Shown here piece after piece: positions 25,849 to 34,471 of a stretch of 39,131 bases of DNA (its first letter is position 1; every line of letters begins with the position of its first letter). Both the position numbers and the translations under genes were made by a program. Source of the stretch: Bacilli bacterium. GTDB lineage: Bacteria; Bacillota_I; Bacilli_A; ML615J-28; CAG-698. Below the pieces are notes generated by a model, which was not told the origin of the DNA, did no database searches, and saw nothing but the letters and a program-made list of their open reading frames with translations. The stretch spans positions 1 through 39,131 of the forward strand of contig JAQUVC010000002.1 in assembly GCA_028693535.1 (NCBI GenBank), in the 5' to 3' direction.

Positions 25849-27039
25849 TTAGTTTTGTTCTGTTAAGCGAACCACATCGCGAGCAATCATCAATTCTTCC
25901 TTTGTTGGAATTAAGAATGCTTTGATAGGGGAATCTTTTGTTGTTAGTTCTGTTATTTCACCACGCGCTTTGTTGGCTTCTGGGTCAAGTTTGATACCCA
26001 ACACTTTTAGCCTATTGATGATTTGTTCCCGACAACGTGAGCTATTTTCACCAATACCAGCCGTAAAGACAATGGCATCTAGTCCTTCCATTAAAATATA
26101 ATAGCTTCCAATATAATCAGCAATGCGCTTATATTGAATGTCCAAAGCAAGACGACATCTCTCATTGATATCTAAGCATTCTTCTAAATCACGAGAATCG
26201 TTAGAAACTCCAGAAACACCCAAATATCCTGATTTTCGGTTTAAAATAAGTAATAATTCAGAAATACTATACCCTTCTTTTTTAGCCATATACTCTAAAA
26301 CTGTAGGATCAATATTGCCACTTCTTGTTCCCATCGGAATTCCTTCCAGTGGTGTTAAGCCCATTGAAGTATCAACGCAAATACCACCCTTAACAGCAGC
26401 GATTGAAGCGCCATTACCCAAATGGCATGTAATAATTTTAGTTTCAGCAATTGGTTTTTTTAGTAATTCAGCGGCAATATGTGCGACATATTTATGGCTT
26501 GTTCCATGAGCCCCATATTTTCTTATTTTATATTTTGTATACCATTCATAAGGAAGAGCATACATATATGTATCTGGTTGCATCGTTTGATGGAACGAAG
26601 TATCAAAGACAACGACATTAGGAACACCAGGTAATACCTTTAAAAAGGCTTTTATACCAATTAAGTGAGCTGGATTGTGTAACGGAGCCAAATCACATAG
26701 TTCTTCAATTTTAGCAATGACATCATCATCAACGATTGCTGAATCTTGAAAATACCAACCACCTTGGACAATACGATGACCAACGCCACCAATTTCATTT
26801 AAATTTTTTACGATTTGGCGGTCTACCAAATCATCTAAAACTTTTTTTACTGCCTCAGCGTGATTTTTAATTGGTAACACTATCTTTTCTTTATTTCCAT
26901 TAAACTTAATCGTATAATAAGCATCCTTTAACCCAATTCTTTCAACAATTCCTTCGGTTATGATGACTTCATCTGGCATTTCCAATAATTGAAATTTCAG
27001 TGATGAACTTCCGGCATTAACTGCCATAATTTTTTTCAT
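25849..27039 (-). CDS. ackA: Acetate kinase
   Basis: 396 aa. VNAGSSSLKFQL, GHRIVQGG, TCHLGNGASI, FTAGIGENS motifs. Confidence 0.97.
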   Translation of the reverse strand: MKKIMAVNAGSSSLKFQLLEMPDEVIITEGIVERIGLKDAYYTIKFNGNKEKIVLPIKNHAEAVKKVLDDLVDRQIVKNLNEIGGVGHRIVQGGWYFQDSAIVDDDVIAKIEELCDLAPLHNPAHLIGIKAFLKVLPGVPNVVVFDTSFHQTMQPDTYMYALPYEWYTKYKIRKYGAHGTSHKYVAHIAAELLKKPIAETKIITCHLGNGASIAAVKGGICVDTSMGLTPLEGIPMGTRSGNIDPTVLEYMAKKEGYSISELLLILNRKSGYLGVSGVSNDSRDLEECLDINERCRLALDIQYKRIADYIGSYYILMEGLDAIVFTAGIGENSSRCREQIINRLKVLGIKLDPEANKARGEITELTTKDSPIKAFLIPTKEELMIARDVVRLTEQN

Positions 27040-27050
27040 GTCTTTTCCTC

Positions 27051-27998
27051 CTAAATCTGTTCCATCATATCTTTTATTTCGATAAATAATTTTTCTGTGT
27101 TTTCTTTTGCGAAATTTTCCAATCGTAAGACTACCATATTGTAGTGTTCTAAAACGGCTTTTTTCCCAATTAGTATACTCTTTCCTATATGCCCTTCCTT
27201 AACAATACTATCTGGTAGAACAATTAAACCAATCAGTGTTGCTTTATCAAGCAGAAAATGGCGAAATGCATCGTTTCCTTGTTTACTAAAAAAGTCATTG
27301 TCAATGACATAAATGAAATAACCATCATCAACGATATTTTCTAAACGAGCTTCAACAACTAAATATGGGAAATATCTAACCCCTTGTTGATAAAGTTCAA
27401 GTTGTACTTCAGCATCATAGTCATAGCTTTCAAGATCACCAACAACTACTTCACCGCGAAAAGGAACCTTTTTTACAGCATCTTGATAGTATATATTAAC
27501 AACGTTACTTTGTAAGTTGGATACCGCTGTAGCAAGTTTAACCATAGTTTCATTTTTTTCAATTCCTGCTAAGTGAGGCTCATAGTCCAAATTATTGCTA
27601 ATCGCATTTAACATATTTGCGGTTCCCAAACAAGTATCTAGGATGGCAACATCATCATTTGGATATTTTGTTTTGATAATCATCGCCACAAGATAATTAA
27701 TTGTATCTGGTGTCATTAAATCCAAAGGAAAATTAATATGTTTGAAGGCTTTGATAATTAATAATTCCGTTGCTAATCTAATCTCTTCATTAAAAAAACT
27801 TTCTAAAGCAATCACTTCATAAATTTCTTCTAGTTTTTTGATTGCTTCTTCAGATAACGATGTATCATCAAAGTTATAATTGATGTCACGACTGACTCTT
27901 AATAGTGCTTCAAAATAATCAAGATGGATATCCTCATATATAATCATTGCTGCACGATCAAGTAAATCATAATATAGATCTATTTTTTCAAAATTCAT
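27051..27998 (-). CDS. Class I SAM-dependent methyltransferase, YtxK-like
   Basis: 315 aa. Motif I ILDTCLGTANML. Sits directly upstream of ackA, as ytxK does in B. subtilis. GAGGG SD. Confidence 0.65.
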   Translation of the reverse strand: MNFEKIDLYYDLLDRAAMIIYEDIHLDYFEALLRVSRDINYNFDDTSLSEEAIKKLEEIYEVIALESFFNEEIRLATELLIIKAFKHINFPLDLMTPDTINYLVAMIIKTKYPNDDVAILDTCLGTANMLNAISNNLDYEPHLAGIEKNETMVKLATAVSNLQSNVVNIYYQDAVKKVPFRGEVVVGDLESYDYDAEVQLELYQQGVRYFPYLVVEARLENIVDDGYFIYVIDNDFFSKQGNDAFRHFLLDKATLIGLIVLPDSIVKEGHIGKSILIGKKAVLEHYNMVVLRLENFAKENTEKLFIEIKDMMEQI

Positions 27999-28006
27999 GT
28001 TTCCCT

Positions 28007-28459
28007 CTAGATATCTACTATCTCAACTTTTATATTTTTTTCATTTGTAATGTTCATGACTGCATAAGTTGTCCCTCTTTTAGAACGCGGATACGCCAAC
28101 GAACCTGGACATAATATATGAATACCATTTACAATTTGATAATTAGGGACGTGGGTATGTCCATGGATAATGACTTGGCAGTCATTGCTTTTCGCAAGCG
28201 TTGCTAATCTATTAAGCCATAAAAAAATACGATGACCATGAAGTAAGTATATTTTCACATTCCCAGTATCAATAATGCGATAATCATTTTTCACTAAAAA
28301 ATCTTGATTACCCCTTACTGATAAGAAAGGTTCTAGCTCTTTTTCATCACAGCAACTATCTCCAGCATGTAAAAAAAGATCCGCATCGGGATGAAGATCA
28401 ACAATTTGTTTCAACAGTTTTAAGTCGTGATGATTATCACTAGCAACAATAACTTTCAT
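28007..28459 (-). CDS. Metallophosphoesterase, YfcE/MJ0936 family
   Basis: ORF to 28498 (GTG). MKVIVASDNHHD start at 28459 fits the family, and the predicted -10 lies inside the longer ORF. Motifs SDNHHD, HAGDS, GNQD, GHTH. Confidence 0.8.
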   Translation of the reverse strand: MKVIVASDNHHDLKLLKQIVDLHPDADLFLHAGDSCCDEKELEPFLSVRGNQDFLVKNDYRIIDTGNVKIYLLHGHRIFLWLNRLATLAKSNDCQVIIHGHTHVPNYQIVNGIHILCPGSLAYPRSKRGTTYAVMNITNEKNIKVEIVDI

Positions 28460-28488
28460 AATACCACACTCTTCATTTTCCATGTAAT

Positions 28489-28517
28489 ATATTACCACAA
28501 AATCGTTTTATTTACAA
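28489..28517 (-). promoter_or_regulatory. Sigma-A-type promoter for the phosphoesterase/ytxK-like/ackA operon
   Basis: Minus strand TTGTAA (28517-28512), 17 nt, TAATAT (28494-28489), with TGG immediately 5' (extended -10). Divergent from the yidD promoter. Confidence 0.5.
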
Positions 28518-28532
28518 GCAAAAAGATTTTTC

Positions 28533-28560
28533 TTTACCATTTAAAAAATGTTGGTATAAT
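28533..28560 (+). promoter_or_regulatory. Sigma-A-type promoter for yidD
   Basis: Plus strand TTTACC (28533-28538), 16 nt, TATAAT (28555-28560), preceded by TGG (extended -10). AGGGAGGG SD at 28564-28571. Confidence 0.6.
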
Positions 28561-28577
28561 ATAAGGGAGGGTAGTTT

Positions 28578-28874
28578 ATGAATCGTTTTATAATCAAACT
28601 TATTCAAAAATATCAGGCATCAAAACCAGAAGATAGTCGCAAATGGTGTAAATACCACCCAACATGTTCAAATTATGCGATTGGTGTTTATCAAAAGTTT
28701 AATTTTTTTAAAGCTTCTCTATTAGCAGGGTGGCGAATTTTGCGGTGCAATCCTTTTTCTAAAGGAGGATACGACCCTGTTCCTCTTACTAAAAAAGAAA
28801 AAAGAGAATTAAAAAATTCTCTTAAAGAAAGCAGCAATCTTTCCCCACAAAGTGATAAAAAAATTGACAACTAA
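28578..28874 (+). CDS. yidD: Membrane protein insertion efficiency factor YidD
   Basis: 98 aa. CKYHPTCSNYA and LRCNPFSKGGYDPVP signature. The only plus-strand gene. The 28-aa Lys/Ser-rich tail overlaps the convergent gene by 66 nt. Confidence 0.9.
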   Translation: MNRFIIKLIQKYQASKPEDSRKWCKYHPTCSNYAIGVYQKFNFFKASLLAGWRILRCNPFSKGGYDPVPLTKKEKRELKNSLKESSNLSPQSDKKIDN

Positions 28875-30440
28875 ATCAATAAAATCAACCTCAACTGATT
28901 CTTGAACAAGATTTTCAAAAACATTCACCTGTAGTTCCAACTCTTCTCCTTCAACATCCAAAAGCACTTTGTATGTTCCAGGAGTATTTTTATTTTCACT
29001 ATACTCATCTTCGATTACACTATAATTTAGATTTTGTTTAATCGTCTGTGTTCGTTCGAGAAATTGAACAAAATCACTAATTTCCATATTATTATTGCTG
29101 ATATCAATATTAATTATTTGTGTATCAATCATAAAAATTGGACTTGTTTCATCCATTACAACAACGATTATTTCTTTTCTAGCGGTGTTCATACGATTAT
29201 CACTGACAATTAATCCAATTTTAAATGTACCGACACGAGTCGGAGCATGAGAATAATAATCATATTCAACGGTAACGCGACTCGTAATAATACCATCATC
29301 ATTATCTTCAACAACAATGTTCTCAAGAATATCTTGAAGCGTTAACCTTTGATTATTCGCAATTTCATAACGAAACGTTCCACTGAAGACTGGGGCAATG
29401 TTATCAACATAACTTACAATGATTGTAACCGGATAATCACAACTATTATTTGATGTATCTGAAACTGTAAAGATGATGCTGTACGTGCCCGGAGTCGTGG
29501 CATTGCTCGTATATGCATCAGATTTAACTGTAATATAAGTGGTAAGATTACCATCATAATTATCTTCGGCACTTAAGGCACTTTTGATATCACTCAAAGA
29601 TAATGGCGTATATTGATTTGTACTATAACTATTTTCCCCACTGATTACTGGGGAAGCCATATCTTTTACCCAGATAAAAACAGATAGTGTGGCAGTATTG
29701 CCACTACTGTCAACGACAAAATAAACAATTTCATATTGACCTATAGTATTCATATTAGCAAGATATTCATTCTTGGTAATGGTAATCTGTGTCGTAATAT
29801 CACCATCATGATCATCCATTGCTTTGATTGCAGAAGTGATTGTCGCCATACTTACTGGATTATCACAACTTGTAATATACAAACCATGATTGTTACTAAT
29901 GACAGGGCTATAGTCTAGGCTTGGCCCTTGATAGCGTAATTGAAGCGCTGATAAATTAGAATATGTATTATAATCGATTGCTTCAATCAAAGCATAGTTG
30001 TTTTCAACCTCGTATAATCCTAGATTAGCACCATAATCTTCCATAACATCAAATTCTAAATCGATGTATTTGGCATTACTGGGAGTAACAATTTGATAGT
30101 ATTTATCTTCTCCTCTCGATACTGCTGTTGCTTGCAACGTGCTAATCATTTGTTTATTTGCATCATATGCTTTTGTACGAACAGTTAATATTTCTGCTTC
30201 TTGATAAGCAAAAATAGTTAACATATACGTTACACTTGGTTTGATACGAATATAGTTACGACATGTAACCATTCCATAATTAATAGGATTGCTAACAGTG
30301 TAATCAAAATTTTCATCTTCTAAATAATTATATCCATTAGGAAGGAATTCCCAATTAGGTAAGTTATTATCTGCTTGAACGTTCTGAGGGATTAATACCA
30401 ATAGTAAAATCCCAACAATGACCAATATGGTTTTTTTCAT
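28809..30440 (-). CDS. Tail-anchored surface protein with four DUF5011-type Ig-like repeats
   Basis: ORF to 30467. MKKTILVIVGILLLVLIPQNVQA start at 30440 follows a GGAGAAGGG SD. Repeats of D..DG.(I/L)T..(I/V)T......T.G.Y.(I/V)...V.D..(G/N)N...... (three full, one degenerate). Hydrophobic C-terminus FIDLVVNFFITLWGKIAAFF plus KRIF. Confidence 0.7.
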   Translation of the reverse strand: MKKTILVIVGILLLVLIPQNVQADNNLPNWEFLPNGYNYLEDENFDYTVSNPINYGMVTCRNYIRIKPSVTYMLTIFAYQEAEILTVRTKAYDANKQMISTLQATAVSRGEDKYYQIVTPSNAKYIDLEFDVMEDYGANLGLYEVENNYALIEAIDYNTYSNLSALQLRYQGPSLDYSPVISNNHGLYITSCDNPVSMATITSAIKAMDDHDGDITTQITITKNEYLANMNTIGQYEIVYFVVDSSGNTATLSVFIWVKDMASPVISGENSYSTNQYTPLSLSDIKSALSAEDNYDGNLTTYITVKSDAYTSNATTPGTYSIIFTVSDTSNNSCDYPVTIIVSYVDNIAPVFSGTFRYEIANNQRLTLQDILENIVVEDNDDGIITSRVTVEYDYYSHAPTRVGTFKIGLIVSDNRMNTARKEIIVVVMDETSPIFMIDTQIINIDISNNNMEISDFVQFLERTQTIKQNLNYSVIEDEYSENKNTPGTYKVLLDVEGEELELQVNVFENLVQESVEVDFIDLVVNFFITLWGKIAAFFKRIF

Positions 30441-30535
30441 ACCCTTCTCCTTTTCTTTCGGAGACACTTTTCACACGTTAATTAATTATAGCAAGAAAAA
30501 AAACATTAATAAAGGAAATTATATTTCTTTCAAAC

Positions 30536-30561
30536 AAATAAAAAAAGCCAATTATTTGGCC
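30536..30561 (-). terminator. Rho-independent terminator after the antiporter gene
   Basis: Minus strand GGCCAA-ATAA-TTGGCT (30561-30546, one G-U pair) followed by TTTTTTATTTG. An A-run on the other side makes it potentially bidirectional. Confidence 0.6.
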
Positions 30562-30579
30562 TTTTTTTTCTTATTTTGA

Positions 30580-31821
30580 TTAATTTGTTTTTGTATGAAT
30601 CGACTTATTTACTTTTACAATCGGTGGTTCTGGCTGAATGTCACCTGCTTTTTTCAAAGCAAACTTCGTAACAACAGGTCCTACCAATTCATAGATTAAA
30701 GTAGCACATAATACCACGGCAAGAATTTGCGCTGAGTATTTTGGTAAAGCTTCTGAGGAAATTTTTGCCATACCAATAGCAACACCAGCTTGTGGTAGCA
30801 ATGCCAATCCTAAGTAATTACGGATTGATTTTTCTTCTTTCACAATCGTTGATCCTAGATATGCACCGAAATATTTTCCCCCTGAACGAGCAACCAAATA
30901 GATGATTCCTATTAATCCTACAGTAGGAATGACTCTTAAATCTAATTCAGCACTAGATATGATGAAAAACAGCATAAATAGTGGTGGTGTCCATCGCTCG
31001 ATACCATCTAAAATGACCAGTGAATTGTTATTTGTATTACAGAAAACTGCTCCAATCATCATGCATAGCAAAAGAGGAGAGACAGCAAATGGTAAAATTT
31101 GTGTTAAACCAACGCCAGCAAACACTACCACAATCATCCATATTAAACGATTTGCACGGGAATGAAAAAATCTTGTAGCTAATGATAAAATAAATCCCAA
31201 TGCTGCGCCAATGCCCAAAGAAATAACAATCTCTAATAATGGTAGCAAAGCAATACTAGTAAATGTGATTGCTTCACCATTAGCAAATACTTTCGCAATC
31301 GCTAATGATATTGCGAAAAGAACCAATCCAAACGCATCATCTAGGGCAACGACAAGTAATAACGTGTCGGTTAGTTTTCCTCGCGCTTTATACTGTCTAA
31401 TAACCATTAATGTAGCTGCTGGTGCAGTTGCAGTAGCAATTGCTCCTAGTACTAAAATTAATGGTAGGTTTTCTTGTAGCGTCCCCTGGATCAATCCCAA
31501 TACAATTAAGAAAATATCAACAAAAACTAGTGCCAAAAATGCTTGAATAAAGGTAATGATAAAAACATTTTTACCAATTTTCTTTAAGTTTTCAAGTTTA
31601 AATTCACCACCAATAGAAAAGGCAATAAATCCTAACGCAATTTCAATCAACAAAGACAAAGAAGTAACCTCTTCTTTGCCCACGATATTAATACAATGTG
31701 GTCCAATTAATAGACCGATAATTAAATATCCAGTTACATTTGGTAGTTTGACTAATTTCATTAGTCTTGTAGAAAGTAACCCAGCCAATAGAGCTATGGC
31801 TATCATTATCAAAAAGTTCAT
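30580..31821 (-). CDS. Cation:proton antiporter (Na+/H+ exchanger family, CPA-type), no cytoplasmic regulatory domain
   Basis: 413 aa, about 11-12 TM helices. N-terminus LPNVTGYLIIGLLIGP typical of the Na_H_exchanger family. Ends about 25 aa after the last TM, so no RCK/TrkA domain. Confidence 0.85.
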   Translation of the reverse strand: MNFLIMIAIALLAGLLSTRLMKLVKLPNVTGYLIIGLLIGPHCINIVGKEEVTSLSLLIEIALGFIAFSIGGEFKLENLKKIGKNVFIITFIQAFLALVFVDIFLIVLGLIQGTLQENLPLILVLGAIATATAPAATLMVIRQYKARGKLTDTLLLVVALDDAFGLVLFAISLAIAKVFANGEAITFTSIALLPLLEIVISLGIGAALGFILSLATRFFHSRANRLIWMIVVVFAGVGLTQILPFAVSPLLLCMMIGAVFCNTNNNSLVILDGIERWTPPLFMLFFIISSAELDLRVIPTVGLIGIIYLVARSGGKYFGAYLGSTIVKEEKSIRNYLGLALLPQAGVAIGMAKISSEALPKYSAQILAVVLCATLIYELVGPVVTKFALKKAGDIQPEPPIVKVNKSIHTKTN

Positions 31822-31833
31822 AAATTATCTTAT

Positions 31834-32163
31834 TTAAATGCCCTCTGCAAAGTTAACAGGTACAGAATACATGAATCCTTTATCAGCTATTCCATTGGTA
31901 GCCTCATTAACGAGTTTTCCTAATGTTTTTACTTCTTCATCATCTTTCACTACAATAAATAACATTGGTCGAGAATCTTGAGTGTAATTTACAACTCTCG
32001 AGATACCTCCAAAAACAGGTCCTTCATCAATGTTAGAATTAAGCAAAGCGTCCTTAATACTCATAGTAGTCAATACACTACCATGAAAATTATTATCTGA
32101 AAGTTTTTTAAGTATTTTCGGCATGTATTCACCTTTTACTAATACTGTTACAAATAATTGCAT
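31834..32163 (-). CDS. PII-like small signalling protein (hypothetical)
   Basis: 109 aa. Predicted beta-alpha-beta/beta-alpha-beta pattern: QLFVTVLV / PKILKKLSDNNF / GSVLTT / 30-aa loop / MLFIVVKDDEEVKTLGKLVNEA / FMYSVPV. LKKLSDNNF resembles the LKTLTDHNF of B. subtilis DarA as recalled. 12 nt upstream of the antiporter gene. Confidence 0.45.
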   Translation of the reverse strand: MQLFVTVLVKGEYMPKILKKLSDNNFHGSVLTTMSIKDALLNSNIDEGPVFGGISRVVNYTQDSRPMLFIVVKDDEEVKTLGKLVNEATNGIADKGFMYSVPVNFAEGI

Positions 32164-32193
32164 ACGACAATTCCTTTCTTAGTATATATTATT

Positions 32194-32222
32194 ATTATAC
32201 TCCCTTTTCTATGCTTTTTCAA
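32194..32222 (-). promoter_or_regulatory. Sigma-A-type promoter for the PII-like/antiporter operon
   Basis: Minus strand TTGAAA (32222-32217), 17 nt, TATAAT (32199-32194). Confidence 0.65.
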
Positions 32223-32240
32223 GGTATGAAAATCGTTTTC

Positions 32241-32281
32241 TAAACAAAGAGTGTTTCGCATATAACATAATACGAAACACT
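32241..32281 (-). terminator. Probable terminator after the secreted phosphoesterase gene
   Basis: Minus strand AGTGTTTCG (32281-32273) pairs with CGAAACACT (32258-32250), 14-nt loop, followed by CTTTGTTT (weak U-tract). Confidence 0.45.
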
Positions 32282-32287
32282 TCTATT

Positions 32288-34468
32288 TTAATATTTCTTG
32301 CGACGAATAAAGATTAAAGCTAGCGGAATTAGTAAATACCACAAACTCATTCCTGCTTGACAACCCTTTGTTTCAACTGGAATTTCAGGTTCCTCAATCG
32401 GCTCTTCTGGTTCCTCGATTGGCTCTTCAGGCTCCTCTACTTTATTAACTTTTATAGTTAGTGTGTCGATTGCTTCTTCATGACCAACCACTGTTACTGT
32501 GACTGTTGCTTCGCCCTCTTTAATGGCGATTATATTTTGCCCTTCAATACGAACAACGCTACTATCACTCGATGAGAATTCTAATGTAACTTCTTCGTTT
32601 GGTGATACCGTTACTACTAATGGTTCACTCTCACCAGCTTCTAATTCAATAGTATCTACAGAAAAATAAACTTCAATTGGAATGTAAGTTTCCCCATAAA
32701 TTAGCGATGTTGAAAATAAAACCTTATCGTTACTATCTAAAGCTTGAACTATAATATTATTTTCTTGTTTGATATTCAAACTTGATAATGATGCTTCTTT
32801 TGCTGTAGGACCGACTTCAGTTAGAAGTGTATCATTGGCAAAAATAGCAATTTTTGTTAGCATTTCATTATCTATTTGACTATCCCAAACCAACTTGTCA
32901 CCAATAATTCTAACATTTTCAATTTTTCCAAAAGCGGCATTAGGGTTAATCAATTCTAGTTCTTTTGTAGCAATTTGCCCATCACGAAAATACACATTAA
33001 TTGTATAATTCTTACGATAATCGCTTGCTTTCAAGTTAGGAATGATAAGAGACGTTTGGTTGTCTAAAGGTCTAAAACTACTAATACTTTCTGTACCTTC
33101 TAGCAATTCTATTTTATAAGCTTTCGCAAAGAATTCATTTGGATAAACCAATTTTGATTGTGTGAAATTTTCACTGACTTCAGTTTTTATATCTTTCATA
33201 CTAGCAACAACATCAAAATTGGCCATTTTTGCTGGAATAGCAATTTGATCTAATATAGTTCCTGCTTCATTGTAGGTTTTAACCATCAAATTTTCAGTAG
33301 AAACTGTAATTCCCATCGCTACACTGGTATTACTAATCTTTTTCGCCACATAGACATCAGTAGATAAATAAGATTCCGCTTCTAAACGATCCCCAATCGC
33401 ACTTCCTGTAATATAAATTGCTCCTTTTTTACTATCGGTACCATTCGTTCCATTATAGATGCGGTTACTTCTTGTATATACATGGTCATGACCCGTTAAA
33501 ACTAGATCAACTCCATACTTGTCAATAATTGGTTGTAAACTTTTCATATAACTACCAACTTCATTTCCTGCATAGTAAAAATAATGATGAAATAAAATTG
33601 TATACTGACTTGGATTATTTTCAAGGACATTCTCAAGCCATTCTTTTTGGTTGGTTTCATATTCATCAGGTTGACTTGCTAAACGCCACGCTTCTGAATC
33701 AAGGGAGATAAATAAGACATTCCCATATTGAAAGAAATAGCTACCATTTTCTACCCCTGCAGCGCCATTGTCGGGATTGTTGGAATACATATCAAAGTAT
33801 TTTCGACTATCAGCATATAATTCTGCTTTACGATTATAGTATTCATGATTTCCTGGGGTACTGGCAATCATGTATTTAGAAAACATCGATAGTGTATAAT
33901 AACTTGTCCATTGATCACGAACGCTACCATAAGCAGTCATATCCCCACCTGTCACAATAAACTTCAAATTACGATATTTGCTTTCAATCGTATTAATAAG
34001 GTTTTGTGCTGAATTATAACGAGATGGAGTACTGGGGTACACATGCACATCAGAAAAATACATAAAGGTAAAAGCACTTGTTCCTGATGTTGTAAAACCA
34101 TATACTGCAGAAAAATTCGTCTTGCCAACACGATAGATATATTCAGTATCACTTGTCAGATTGGTTAAGGTAGCATCACACTTATAATCAGTGATATTGG
34201 CATATATTCCATCATCATAATAAGTCACCGCATTACACTCACCCAATACTTGCTTTGCTGAAGCAAAACCAGTATCCTCTTTTGTTGTGTATTCAACAAA
34301 AGTTCCTAAAATAGTGGAGTGCCAAGCGACATTCATTTCTTTTGATGTATCTTCACCAGGATTGGTGACAATTAAAAATGCATCGGGCTCATCCGCACGA
34401 ACCACCAATTGGGATGAAAAAAGAAAAAATAGTCCAAAAATTAATAATACACAAATAAACTTTTTCAT
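32288..34468 (-). CDS. Secreted, tail-anchored purple-acid-phosphatase-like metallophosphoesterase with Big_2 domain
   Basis: 726 aa. Signal peptide ...SQLVVRADE. PAP N-terminal FN3-like region (MNVAWHS...TEYIYRVG). Metallophos motifs FSDVH, GGDMTAYG, GNHEY, GHDHVY. Big_2-like IELEAGESEPLVVTVSP...GEATVTVTVVG. EEPEEPI repeats. C-terminal TM plus RRKKY. Confidence 0.85.
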   Translation of the reverse strand: MKKFICVLLIFGLFFLFSSQLVVRADEPDAFLIVTNPGEDTSKEMNVAWHSTILGTFVEYTTKEDTGFASAKQVLGECNAVTYYDDGIYANITDYKCDATLTNLTSDTEYIYRVGKTNFSAVYGFTTSGTSAFTFMYFSDVHVYPSTPSRYNSAQNLINTIESKYRNLKFIVTGGDMTAYGSVRDQWTSYYTLSMFSKYMIASTPGNHEYYNRKAELYADSRKYFDMYSNNPDNGAAGVENGSYFFQYGNVLFISLDSEAWRLASQPDEYETNQKEWLENVLENNPSQYTILFHHYFYYAGNEVGSYMKSLQPIIDKYGVDLVLTGHDHVYTRSNRIYNGTNGTDSKKGAIYITGSAIGDRLEAESYLSTDVYVAKKISNTSVAMGITVSTENLMVKTYNEAGTILDQIAIPAKMANFDVVASMKDIKTEVSENFTQSKLVYPNEFFAKAYKIELLEGTESISSFRPLDNQTSLIIPNLKASDYRKNYTINVYFRDGQIATKELELINPNAAFGKIENVRIIGDKLVWDSQIDNEMLTKIAIFANDTLLTEVGPTAKEASLSSLNIKQENNIIVQALDSNDKVLFSTSLIYGETYIPIEVYFSVDTIELEAGESEPLVVTVSPNEEVTLEFSSSDSSVVRIEGQNIIAIKEGEATVTVTVVGHEEAIDTLTIKVNKVEEPEEPIEEPEEPIEEPEIPVETKGCQAGMSLWYLLIPLALIFIRRKKY
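32388..32437. repeat. Imperfect 21-nt tandem repeat (2.4 copies) encoding EEPEEPI linker units
   Basis: Plus strand ggttcctcaatcggctcttct / ggttcctcgattggctcttca / ggctcctc. In frame within the phosphoesterase gene, just before the C-terminal anchor. Confidence 0.85.
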
Positions 34469-34471
34469 AAT

